Below, in pieces: positions 1 to 8,034 of a stretch of DNA of 24,000 bases. The stretch's first letter is position 1. Every line of letters starts with the position of its first letter. Location of the stretch: assembly GCA_041639705.1 (NCBI GenBank), contig JBEQBT010000003.1, positions 15,001-39,000 of the forward strand. Reading direction: 5' to 3'. Source of the stretch: Clostridiaceae bacterium. GTDB taxonomy: Bacteria > Bacillota > Clostridia > Clostridiales > Caloramatoraceae. The notes beneath the pieces were generated by a model. That model was not told where the DNA came from and searched no databases. It saw nothing but the letters and a program-made list of their open reading frames with translations. The translations under genes and the position numbers were made by a program.

Positions 1-1624
1 ACATAACCTCATCAAAACTAATATGTGGATTTACAGTATACAGATCAAAGCTTTTGATGATAGAGCCTATTTCTTTAGTTATTAAGCCAATTTCATCTAT
101 TTGAGTAAGCGTATCTGTTTTTTCTACATCTTTACCTGGCTTAACATTTTGGGAGGTATTTTCTATTTCGTTTGAAATTAACAAAACATCCTCCTCTGTA
201 AGCATTGGATTTACCTTTATATAATTGTATTTAGAATTACTTATGTCAAAAGTAGATATTAAAACCTCAATATCCTTTATTTTGTCAGAGGATAAATCGT
301 TGATAGACAGAGCTTTTACTCTTACCTTATTATAGAAAATATTAGATATTCTTGAGGACATCAACGCGGATATGCCTATTCCACTGGAACAAATAATACC
401 TACATTTACTTTTCTGCTAAACTTATAACTGCTTCTTAGCCTTACTTCAGCTCCCCCAAAATGTATTGCTAAAAATCCTAGCTCTTCTTCCGGAACCATA
501 AGGTTATACTTATCTTCAATTACTTTTGCAGCTCTTTGAGCTTTTTCATATACCCTTGGATATAAACGCTTTATTTCATTTTGAAAAGGATTTTGAATCT
601 CTATTCCATGCTGCAAGCGTATGATTGTTGGTCTTACATGGGCAATTAGCCCTCTTATAAAATCTGTATCCTGCTTAAATTGATAGGCTATAGTGCTGTC
701 ATATTGCTGAATCATTTCATATATCATGTACCTGATCTCTGGCTCCGTATCAAATATGTCTTCATTTTCATTTATGTGCTGAAGCTTGGCACCTCTGACA
801 TATATATATAAATCAATTATTTCCGTAGTATTGTACTCTGCTTCAAACTGCTTGCTAAGCAGAGAAATCAATTCGATTACAAACTCGTAGTCTCTAATAT
901 TCTGTCCTGTCAGGTTTATATTTTTTTCTCTTGTATTTTTCCTGCCCATTAATATTCGTTTTGTCATTATAGATAAATAAACTATAAGCTCTGTATAAGA
1001 ACTTTCCACTATTCCGCTCAATCTATTGTTTTTCACCTTTTTTATTGAATGGATTACTTTATTTACAACAGCGGCCTCTATCAAATCAGACAGTCTGTTT
1101 AACGGATCTTCTGTATTTTGATACACATATCTCATACATGCTTTTCTATAGTCCTCTTCTTTATAATCTAGATAAATTCCAAATCCAGATTTTCTAACTA
1201 AAGCCATGTTATTTTTTAAAAACCACTCTTCAATGCTGTCCAAGTCGTTATTGATTGTTGCTTCACTAACCTTAAGTAAGCTTGAGTAGTAATATATCTT
1301 TTGTGGCTCTTCTTGGTTTAATAATTCTAAAATGAGTTGAGTATGACGTTCTTCCTTACTTTTGGGATCACTATATTCCAGCTTGTTTAACTCTTCCAGC
1401 AGCTTATTTTTATTTAATTGACTGCCTATTATACTGATTCCTTTTTTAGATTTTGTCTCTAACTCAAGATTGTATTGTTTCAGACAAACATCTGCATTTT
1501 CTAATTCTCTGAATATAGTTCTCTTACTTAGCTGCATATTTTCAGCAAGAATTCCAGCAGAAATGGGTTTATCTGAACCAAGCAAAAGAAGCAAAACCTG
1601 AATTAATCTTGCTGAGAGCTTCAT
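1..1624 (-). CDS. BglG/LicR/MtlR-type transcriptional regulator with HTH, PRD and PTS EIIB-like regions (C-terminus beyond window)
   Basis: Open frame read by eye on the minus strand from ATG at 1624-1622 (MKALSARLIQVLLLLLGSDKPISAGILAENMQLSKRTIFRELENADVCLKQYNLELETKSKKGISIIG...), PRD-like segment ...EEELGFLAIHFGGAEVRLR..., then EIIB-like ...KVNVGIICSSGIGISALMSSRI.... It lacks a stop in the window, so it is absent from the ORF track. Confidence 0.88.
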   Translation of the reverse strand, partial: MKLSARLIQVLLLLLGSDKPISAGILAENMQLSKRTIFRELENADVCLKQYNLELETKSKKGISIIGSQLNKNKLLEELNKLEYSDPKSKEERHTQLILELLNQEEPQKIYYYSSLLKVSEATINNDLDSIEEWFLKNNMALVRKSGFGIYLDYKEEDYRKACMRYVYQNTEDPLNRLSDLIEAAVVNKVIHSIKKVKNNRLSGIVESSYTELIVYLSIMTKRILMGRKNTREKNINLTGQNIRDYEFVIELISLLSKQFEAEYNTTEIIDLYIYVRGAKLQHINENEDIFDTEPEIRYMIYEMIQQYDSTIAYQFKQDTDFIRGLIAHVRPTIIRLQHGIEIQNPFQNEIKRLYPRVYEKAQRAAKVIEDKYNLMVPEEELGFLAIHFGGAEVRLRSSYKFSRKVNVGIICSSGIGISALMSSRISNIFYNKVRVKALSINDLSSDKIKDIEVLISTFDISNSKYNYIKVNPMLTEEDVLLISNEIENTSQNVKPGKDVEKTDTLTQIDEIGLITKEIGSIIKSFDLYTVNPHISFDEVM

Positions 1625-1971
1625 AACCTCACCCCTTTATTGCTTTTATTATAGAATGTAATGGTTTTGTTATCAATTAAAAGACAATCACCCTTGTCAT
1701 CTTGTTATGTTGACAGGGTTTGAATGAATAAGAAGACATAACCTCTTTGCGGTAAGATGTGATTTCCCTTGAATGAGAGGAGGAAGATAATTTTATAGCT
1801 ATAATTGTTTTAGTGCATTAACTGGCTAAAACAATTATAGCATTTTGTGATTGCTTATACTGTTAAGTTATATTTATTTCTACGTGTATGCTGAACTTTT
1901 GTTATTGCTTTTACCAGAAATCTTACTGCAGGTTTGTCACTTTTGTATGGTGACAATTTTAAGTAAAGAAT

Positions 1972-2048
1972 AGGTGCCAGCCTCATCAGATATCAGATAT
2001 CAGATATTAGTAATATCTGATATCTGATATCTGATGAGGCTGGCACCT
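1972..2048. repeat. Perfect 77-bp palindrome with 38-bp arms (AGGTGCCAGCCTCATCAGATATCAGATATCAGATATTA-G-revcomp)
   Basis: Direct reading. The arms contain three tandem CAGATAT heptamers, mirrored on the other side. Confidence 0.95.
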
Positions 2049-2071
2049 TCCCCTATAATCATTTATAAAAA

Positions 2072-2145
2072 AGTTTGATCAAAATTTAATCTTAAAATAG
2101 CATTGGATGACTTGAAACGTAAAAAAGTGTTATTTTGATCAAACT
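2072..2145. repeat. 14-bp perfect inverted repeat (AGTTTGATCAAAAT ... ATTTTGATCAAACT), 46-bp spacer; each arm contains the palindrome TTTGATCAAA
   Basis: Arms at 2072-2085 and 2132-2145, read directly. Confidence 0.85.
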
Positions 2146-2255
2146 ATCTTATAACTTTTATTTAAAGGCATTTTTTACTTCTCTTTCAGTAAAGAGTTCT
2201 GATGTTCTTGCCGGTAGCACTCCCAGGCAGCATCGCCAGCGACTTATTATATAGC

Positions 2256-2855
2256 TTATTTTACTTTTAAATAATCATATGGGGAAAAACCAGATACAGC
2301 ACGTCCATAATATATATTCCACTTGTCAGAAAATACTTTTAATGTATTTTTAAAATCCCCCATTGTAAGATTAGGATTAATATTTAGTTTATCTTTTCCA
2401 ACCAAAGAAGATCTCACTATGTCAAGGTCTTTGGAAAGTTGACGAATGAATTTTACTTCATTTTCAGATAATACTTGATCTTCGTCAAAACTACCTTGAT
2501 AACCCTTATCTTTTAGTCTGCCATTCATTGCATAACCAATATTTTGGAAATCATGTAGAGAGGATATATAGAAATCCTTTACACTGACAAGATACGATGC
2601 TTCGTTGAGCAGTTGATCGACGGAATATAAGTTTTCAACCACAAAACTTACTTTTCCATCCAGTCCACTATAATTACCTGTAGAATAGCTGTCCTCTAAC
2701 TGTTTTAAGCCTTGCTGGATATCATTAATATAGGAATTGGTAAAATTAAAAACTACGTGTTCTTTCTGATCATTTTCCCTTATGCTCTTGATGTTATAAT
2801 AAGCTGATGCTACAAGTGAAATAATTAAAATAATAATGATAATTTTACTTTTCAT
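2256..2855 (-). CDS. Hypothetical protein with N-terminal membrane anchor/signal sequence
   Basis: 199-aa ORF with N-terminal hydrophobic segment MKSKIIIIILIISLVASAYY; no family recognised. Confidence 0.7.
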   Translation of the reverse strand: MKSKIIIIILIISLVASAYYNIKSIRENDQKEHVVFNFTNSYINDIQQGLKQLEDSYSTGNYSGLDGKVSFVVENLYSVDQLLNEASYLVSVKDFYISSLHDFQNIGYAMNGRLKDKGYQGSFDEDQVLSENEVKFIRQLSKDLDIVRSSLVGKDKLNINPNLTMGDFKNTLKVFSDKWNIYYGRAVSGFSPYDYLKVK

Positions 2856-2926
2856 ATCAAAAACCCCCTGATTAATAATCCTCTTAATATTTTATGTTTC
2901 GCTTACTTTTAAGCTATAGCTAGAGC

Positions 2927-3112
2927 TCATATCATTCTTTTCATTAGCAAATACATTTTTAAATTTAATTTATCATAATTTCCAACAAGAGAAGGTAATA
3001 ATTCATTATTATTGCAGTAGCCTCTAAAAACACAATTATCATTTTTTCGAGTATCAAAAAGTTCATCCATAAATTTGTTTAATTCACTTTTACCAATTTC
3101 TTTTGTTTCCAT
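2927..3112 (-). pseudogene. FRG-domain protein fragment (N-terminal remnant)
   Basis: 61-aa ORF with DNCVFRGYCNNNELLPSLVG, resembling the FRG signature (FRGQ...LLPSL), ending abruptly. Another frame continues to 2892 (...KNVFANEKNDMSSSYSLKVSET*), suggesting a frameshift. Confidence 0.55.
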
Positions 3113-3669
3113 TTTAACCTCCTTCTAAAAGTAGGCTTTTCTTTATTGGCTGTTCATTTTAGTAATCTTCTCACATATGTTCTTAACATAATTGTTATAT
3201 ATAAAAATACAAATCCAAGCTTCCAATTATAGGCATAATCAGACTTACTCAATTCTCCTTAAATATGTTATTATTTATAACAACTTAATCATTGATTGCT
3301 TCATACTTCATTCCATTATTCATTTTATCAAATAAAAACCAGGGGACGGTTAATAAATTACTCAGCACTTTGTTGTTCAATCATCCTCAGTAATGTTTCC
3401 TTCAAGATCACCTAAATTTCTCCTTACCCTCTTGCAGCTATATAGAAATAATCATCCTTTTGAAGAAGTAATAATAAATCTTTCAACTCCACAATTTCAT
3501 CCTACGTATCATTTCTTTTTATGGTTTGTTAATATATTCCACATTAACTTTATAATTCCTCCAAGGGTAAACATTTTCAAATATTTTTTCAGCGACCTTT
3601 TAGTTTTAGCAAAATATATTGCTCTGCTTCGCAACTCTAGGATAGGCAGCTTTATTCTTATCATAGCAA

Positions 3670-3958
3670 CTAAGGTTGTCTGAATAATGTGAAAGGCTTG
3701 TCAGTTACTTTAATAATTATTTGCGCCTTTGAATTTTTGTCTTCTTCGTAAGTAATGTATATCAATTTCTGACCTTTATCCATCTCTATTTTCTCGTCAG
3801 CCATAATGCCATTCTCTGTTTTAAATGTCAGGTCATGTTCCCCTATGCTTAGATTTCTATAAACTTTTATATCAGTATTTTTCTCCTCCTAGTATGAAAT
3901 CAATACTGAAAACAAGCTCATTGGCTTTTTCCGAGGAAAATTCATAATCACGAGTCCA
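3670..3958 (-). pseudogene. Frameshifted remnant of an unidentified gene
   Basis: Minus strand: MNFSSEKANELVFSIDFILGGEKY* (ATG at 3946-3944) overlaps, one frame away, EEKNTDIKVYRNLSIGEHDLTFKTENGIMADEKIEMDKGQKLIYITYEEDKNSKAQIIIKVTDKPFTLFRQP* (stop 3672-3670). The second frame has no upstream ATG. Confidence 0.5.
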
Positions 3959-4160
3959 CCTATTCATATTTTAATTCCTGCTCGTAAAATAAACAATTGT
4001 ATAATTTTTATCCTTTAATACCTCAGAACTGTCTCTACTTACTTGATATCAAAAATTCACCTTATGCGAATCATATGGTGAATTTCCATGTAAAAGTCTA
4101 TGCGGTTTTTTATACTCATGGTATAATAAAGACATTGAATTTGAGTTTAAGGGTGATTTT

Positions 4161-4574
4161 ATGATTAATATTGAAGATAAGCTAGATGACCTTAAGAAAT
4201 ATTTCAAGGACAACATGAATATTCTGGCAGTGTGGATAGTAGGTTCATATGGGACAGAGTATCAAAGAGATGAAAGTGATATTGATTTTGCCTTATTGTT
4301 TAACAATTATACTGATTTGTTTGATGAGATGAAGATTGCATCAGATATTTCATCACTTATTAAGTATGAAGATGTTGATATCATTAACCTGCAAAAATCA
4401 CCTGTTACACTTCAATTCAAAGCAATCAGTCAGGGACGGCAAGTATATGAAAAGGACTTTATAGGGGTAGGAGATTATATTGAAAATGTCCTCAATAATT
4501 ACAGAAATTCTAAATACTATATAGATCTGTTTAATAGAGAATTTTTGAACGGGTTTCAAAAGGAGGGAATATAA
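4161..4574 (+). CDS. mntA: Minimal nucleotidyltransferase, MntA-type antitoxin of an MNT/HEPN (type VII) pair
   Basis: MNT motif VGSYGTEYQRDESDIDFALLF; 137 aa; stop 3 nt before the HEPN-protein ATG. Confidence 0.85.
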   Translation: MINIEDKLDDLKKYFKDNMNILAVWIVGSYGTEYQRDESDIDFALLFNNYTDLFDEMKIASDISSLIKYEDVDIINLQKSPVTLQFKAISQGRQVYEKDFIGVGDYIENVLNNYRNSKYYIDLFNREFLNGFQKEGI

Positions 4575-4577
4575 AAA

Positions 4578-5000
4578 ATGATTCCCAATATTGATTTTGA
4601 AAAGATTAAGCAAAAACTTATTTATGCAGAAGGCAATATTAACAAACTTGATAAACTTAAGGATTTAACAGAAGAAGAATTTATTAATGATTTTAGGAAT
4701 ATTGATAGTGCAAAATATCTTCTTCAAGTTACAATAGAAACCATGCTGGATATATCAGCTCACATTATTGCAAGAAATAGATGGGGCAAGCCCGAAAGCA
4801 ATAAAGAATACTTCGAGATTATGGCAGATAAAGATATAATTCGTAAAGGTGACATTGAAACTTATTCGTCTATGGCTAAGTTTAGAAATAGGATTGTACA
4901 TATGTACTACGCTATTGATAATCACGTGATTTATGAAATAGTCAAAAGCAATTTAAAGGATTTAAAAAAATTTATTAATGATGTTGGACAAAAGCTTTAA
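4578..5000 (+). CDS. hepT: HEPN/DUF86 HepT-like RNase toxin
   Basis: 140 aa; contains FRNRIVHMYYAI, matching the RX4HXY HepT motif; paired directly with the MNT gene. Confidence 0.87.
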   Translation: MIPNIDFEKIKQKLIYAEGNINKLDKLKDLTEEEFINDFRNIDSAKYLLQVTIETMLDISAHIIARNRWGKPESNKEYFEIMADKDIIRKGDIETYSSMAKFRNRIVHMYYAIDNHVIYEIVKSNLKDLKKFINDVGQKL

Positions 5001-5008
5001 AATTGTAA

Positions 5009-5069
5009 GGTGCCAGCCTCATCAGATATCAGATATTACTAATATCTGATTTCTGATGAGGCTGGCACC
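5009..5069. repeat. 61-bp near-perfect palindrome (30-bp arms, one mismatch), second copy of the 1972-2048 element with two CAGATAT units per arm
   Basis: GGTGCCAGCCTCATCAGATATCAGATATTA-C-TAATATCTGATTTCTGATGAGGCTGGCACC read directly, 9 nt after hepT. Confidence 0.95.
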
Positions 5070-5320
5070 CTGGTATGTACCATATAATGATTTAGTTTTC
5101 TCAAAATCTTTTTCACCAAGTATTTTCTTAAGTATTTCATTTTTTTATATTTTTTATCATAATCAAATAAATTTTAATTTGCAAAACCCTGAGTTAAATG
5201 TATATTAAAAATAAACTGTTTCTATACTTCAATATTTCAAATCAGTAGCATTGTATTTTTTTATAGAGAGTAATTGGCAGAGAAATAGGTTCAAAATGAT
5301 TTATATGAGGAGTTGTTATT

Positions 5321-6343
5321 ATGGGTAATCATTTATTATTAATAGATGGTTCATCACTTCTTTCCTCCAGTTTCTTTGGTAATCTTCCAAATGAATATAA
5401 ATTTGCTAAAACCGATGAGGAAAAGAACAAGTATCTTGATAAAATACGCCATTCACATGATGGTAGGTTTACTAATGGTGTATTTACAATGATGGCATCA
5501 ATGCTTAATGTAATAAAAAATCAAAGACCTACTCACCTGGCGGTAGCATGGGATCTTACCAAGGAATTTACTTTTAGAAAAAAAATGTTTCCTGAGTATA
5601 AAGGCCACAGAAAAAGCTTGAGACCAGAACTTGGCAGCCAATTCTCTTTGGCACAAGAGGTTTTAAAGGAAATGGGTATTTCTGAGTTCGTTTTTGAAGA
5701 ATACGAAGCAGATGATATAATTGGCACCCTAGCAAGAAGGTTTGAAGAGGATATGAGAGTTACCATCTGGACCAAAGATCAGGACAGCCTGCAGCTTATT
5801 GATGAAAATGTCAGAGTATGGCTTATTACATCAAAATGCTCGGATATGTATTCAGAGCTTGGTCTAGACATAAAACAGTGGAATATTCCTCCTGGAGCAT
5901 TTGAATATACACCAGTTTATGTTGAACATTTTTATGGTGTATCTCCAATACAGATTATTGATAGGAAAGCAATTGAAGGGGATCCATCAGATAATATTCC
6001 AGGAATTAACGGAGTAGGTGAAAAGTCTGTAATCCCATTACTTCAGGAGTTTCAAACTGTAGAAGGAATTTATGATTTTATTGAAAACTCTTCTGAAAAG
6101 GAAATCAAAGAAATTTTTAAAACCCTTGGAATATCCCGTTCACCTTTATCAAAACTTGTTGAAGAATCAGACATAAAATTAGCAGGGAAAAAAGCTGCTT
6201 TACTTTGCAAGCAGCTTGCAACCATAAAATGTGATATTGAAGAACTTAGTAATATAACCATAGACTCATTAAAACTTGAAATTAATAAGGATGGTATGAG
6301 AAATATATTCACCCAATTAGGACTTACCAGCCTACTAAAATAA
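5321..6343 (+). CDS. Stand-alone 5'-3' exonuclease (Pol I N-terminal / FEN family)
   Basis: 340 aa; LLLIDGSSLL start, EYEADDIIGTLARR, TKDQDSLQLI, and H3TH-type segment EGDPSDNIPGINGVGEKSVIPLLQEF. Confidence 0.9.
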   Translation: MGNHLLLIDGSSLLSSSFFGNLPNEYKFAKTDEEKNKYLDKIRHSHDGRFTNGVFTMMASMLNVIKNQRPTHLAVAWDLTKEFTFRKKMFPEYKGHRKSLRPELGSQFSLAQEVLKEMGISEFVFEEYEADDIIGTLARRFEEDMRVTIWTKDQDSLQLIDENVRVWLITSKCSDMYSELGLDIKQWNIPPGAFEYTPVYVEHFYGVSPIQIIDRKAIEGDPSDNIPGINGVGEKSVIPLLQEFQTVEGIYDFIENSSEKEIKEIFKTLGISRSPLSKLVEESDIKLAGKKAALLCKQLATIKCDIEELSNITIDSLKLEINKDGMRNIFTQLGLTSLLK

Positions 6344-6369
6344 GTGATAGGCGGCAACCTCCACTTATT
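6339..6369 (+). terminator. Possible hairpin terminator after the exonuclease gene
   Basis: AATAAGTG (6339-6346) pairs with CACTTATT (6362-6369), with a possible inner AGG/CCT pairing; no strong T-tract. Confidence 0.35.
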
Positions 6370-6726
6370 AGACTTAAATGCGAGTAGAAACAGAGGAACA
6401 TAATTACTGAATCTATTCTACAAGTAGATAATCCTCAGGTATTAATTTTTCATATATCCTGCTATTAAATATATCAATTTGTCCACTTTTTTACCAAGCA
6501 TAAAAATACCTTCAAAAATGTATATGATGTATAACCATTATATCACATTACTTTTTCGGAGGTTTCCCTTGCACCTGAGAGATGCTATCTCTTTTCTATA
6601 AAAAAACAGATACCCTGTCCATAGGCTTTGAAACTATGGTCACCCTGTATAAAAAGAAATGAATTCAATTATTTGTTCTTCATGATTTAAACTTACCCTT
6701 AAGCTCACTCCTAATATAAAACGCAC

Positions 6727-6774
6727 CAGGTCTCGAGTTCACAAGTCGAAAGTAACTTGTGAACTTGAGACCTG
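6727..6774. repeat. 20-bp stem hairpin, CAGGTCTCGAGTTCACAAGT / ACTTGTGAACTTGAGACCTG, 8-nt loop
   Basis: One mismatch (G-U wobble on one RNA strand) in a 20-bp inverted repeat between convergent genes; could act as a terminator. Confidence 0.75.
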
Positions 6775-6801
6775 ACTGTCACCTCTTCACGTAAGTTCAC
6801 T

Positions 6802-7305
6802 TTAAGCTGCATCCTTAAACTTCACAGCCAAATTATAAAAATCCTCTGCTTCTTTTTTGGATGAAAAGCACCGCTTTGGTATTATATGGGCTATGGCTTT
6901 ATCAATAAAAATGAATATATAATTCTCATTCTGCTTGATCAACTTAATACCCTTCCATGAATGAAAGGATTGATTGACTGAAGTAGATTCTGTAAGTCCA
7001 TCGCTTCCAATTTTAATAACATGTCTGCCAAGAAATCCTTCACCATCATCATGAAACTTCATTATAGCTTTTTTCGAAAAGTAGATAAGCAGTAAATCAG
7101 CTAATGCACCAAGTACTAATGAAGATATCAAGGAATAGGTAAATGGCAGCTTAATAAAAAGCATAATAATAAAGGACAGCAAAGGGACTGAAATCATGCT
7201 GAATAAAAAATTGTTTCTGTATTTAGCTATATTCAATATTGCATATTTGTTAAATTCCCAGTAATCCATTCTTGTAATATCTATTGTTACATCCAATATT
7301 AACAT
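6802..7305 (-). CDS. YcxB-like membrane protein
   Basis: 167 aa, two hydrophobic helices followed by a soluble domain (GLTESTSVNQSFHSWKGIKLIKQNENYIFIFIDKAIAHIIPKRCF), typical of YcxB-like C-terminal domain proteins. Confidence 0.75.
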   Translation of the reverse strand: MLILDVTIDITRMDYWEFNKYAILNIAKYRNNFLFSMISVPLLSFIIMLFIKLPFTYSLISSLVLGALADLLLIYFSKKAIMKFHDDGEGFLGRHVIKIGSDGLTESTSVNQSFHSWKGIKLIKQNENYIFIFIDKAIAHIIPKRCFSSKKEAEDFYNLAVKFKDAA

Positions 7306-7391
7306 CTCCTCGCTAAAAATATTATTCTAATGAAAATAGTATGTGCAAATACAGGCTGAAATAGCAGAAATTTGTCTGTTTTAAAGAAATG

Positions 7392-7420
7392 TGAGGTGAC
7401 TTTAAAATTCACCTCACAAC
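7392..7420 (-). terminator. Hairpin at the end of the sgc-like operon
   Basis: TGTGAGGTGA (7392-7401) / TCACCTCACA (7411-7420), perfect 10-bp stem overlapping the sgcE stop; T-tract weak. Confidence 0.4.
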
Positions 7421-8034
7421 TTTATTACCCTATCCTTATTTGAAAAAACTGCCCTTCCCATAACTATATTTTTTATCCCTAACTTAATTAAATCCCCAAT
7501 CTGATCCTCCCCAACTCCCCCATCAACCCAGAGGTTCACACCATAATCATTTAGTTTCCCAATCTTACCCTCTAGTGCCTTGATATACTCCTGTCCCCTT
7601 CCATCTGGCTCACAGGTCAATACCAGGACATCCTCAACCAGTGGAATAATATACTCAATTTGATTAATCCCAATACCCGGGATAACAGCAATGCCCACCT
7701 TTATACCTTCATCCTGATAAAGTCTTATTAATTCCCTTGGATATCTCGTTACATCTGCATGAAGGAATACAATATCAGGCTTGCATTCCTTTATAGTTTT
7801 TAGAAATGCCTCGGGTTTGTTAACCATCAAATGAATTGACTTTTGAGAAGTGCTGTTTTGGCATATTAGCTTTAGCAGTTTTTCTCCAAAAGTTATATTA
7901 GGGATATAATTACCGTCCTCTATGTCTATGTGTATATGCCCATAGTTCCTGTCGATAAAATTAATTTCTTCCTCCACACTCAGCATATTTCCTGAGGCTA
8001 TAGATGGAATTATAACTACCCTATTCCCTTGCAT
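7414..8034 (-). CDS. sgcE: Ribulose-phosphate 3-epimerase family protein (SgcE-like)
   Basis: 206 aa; GHIHIDIEDGNYIPNITFG, WVDGGVGEDQIGDLIKLGIKNIVMGRAVF; operon context. Confidence 0.82.
   Translation of the reverse strand: MQGNRVVIIPSIASGNMLSVEEEINFIDRNYGHIHIDIEDGNYIPNITFGEKLLKLICQNSTSQKSIHLMVNKPEAFLKTIKECKPDIVFLHADVTRYPRELIRLYQDEGIKVGIAVIPGIGINQIEYIIPLVEDVLVLTCEPDGRGQEYIKALEGKIGKLNDYGVNLWVDGGVGEDQIGDLIKLGIKNIVMGRAVFSNKDRVIKL

Noticed and set aside
1692-1735. Imperfect inverted repeat ACCCTTGTCA ... TGACAGGGT upstream of the PRD regulator
   Set aside because: Short, with a bulge; not distinguishable from chance without conservation data.
3393-3683. Plus-strand 96-aa ORF
   Set aside because: Low-complexity, Phe/Ile-rich translation with no recognisable family; it overlaps the end of the better-supported minus-strand frameshifted gene.
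6560-6650. Minus-strand segment ATCTCTCAGGTGCAAGGGAAACCTCCG, briefly resembling part of a glycine riboswitch
   Set aside because: The remaining conserved aptamer parts (for example the CGAAGG-type core) were not found and no gene lies suitably downstream. A covariance-model search would settle it.
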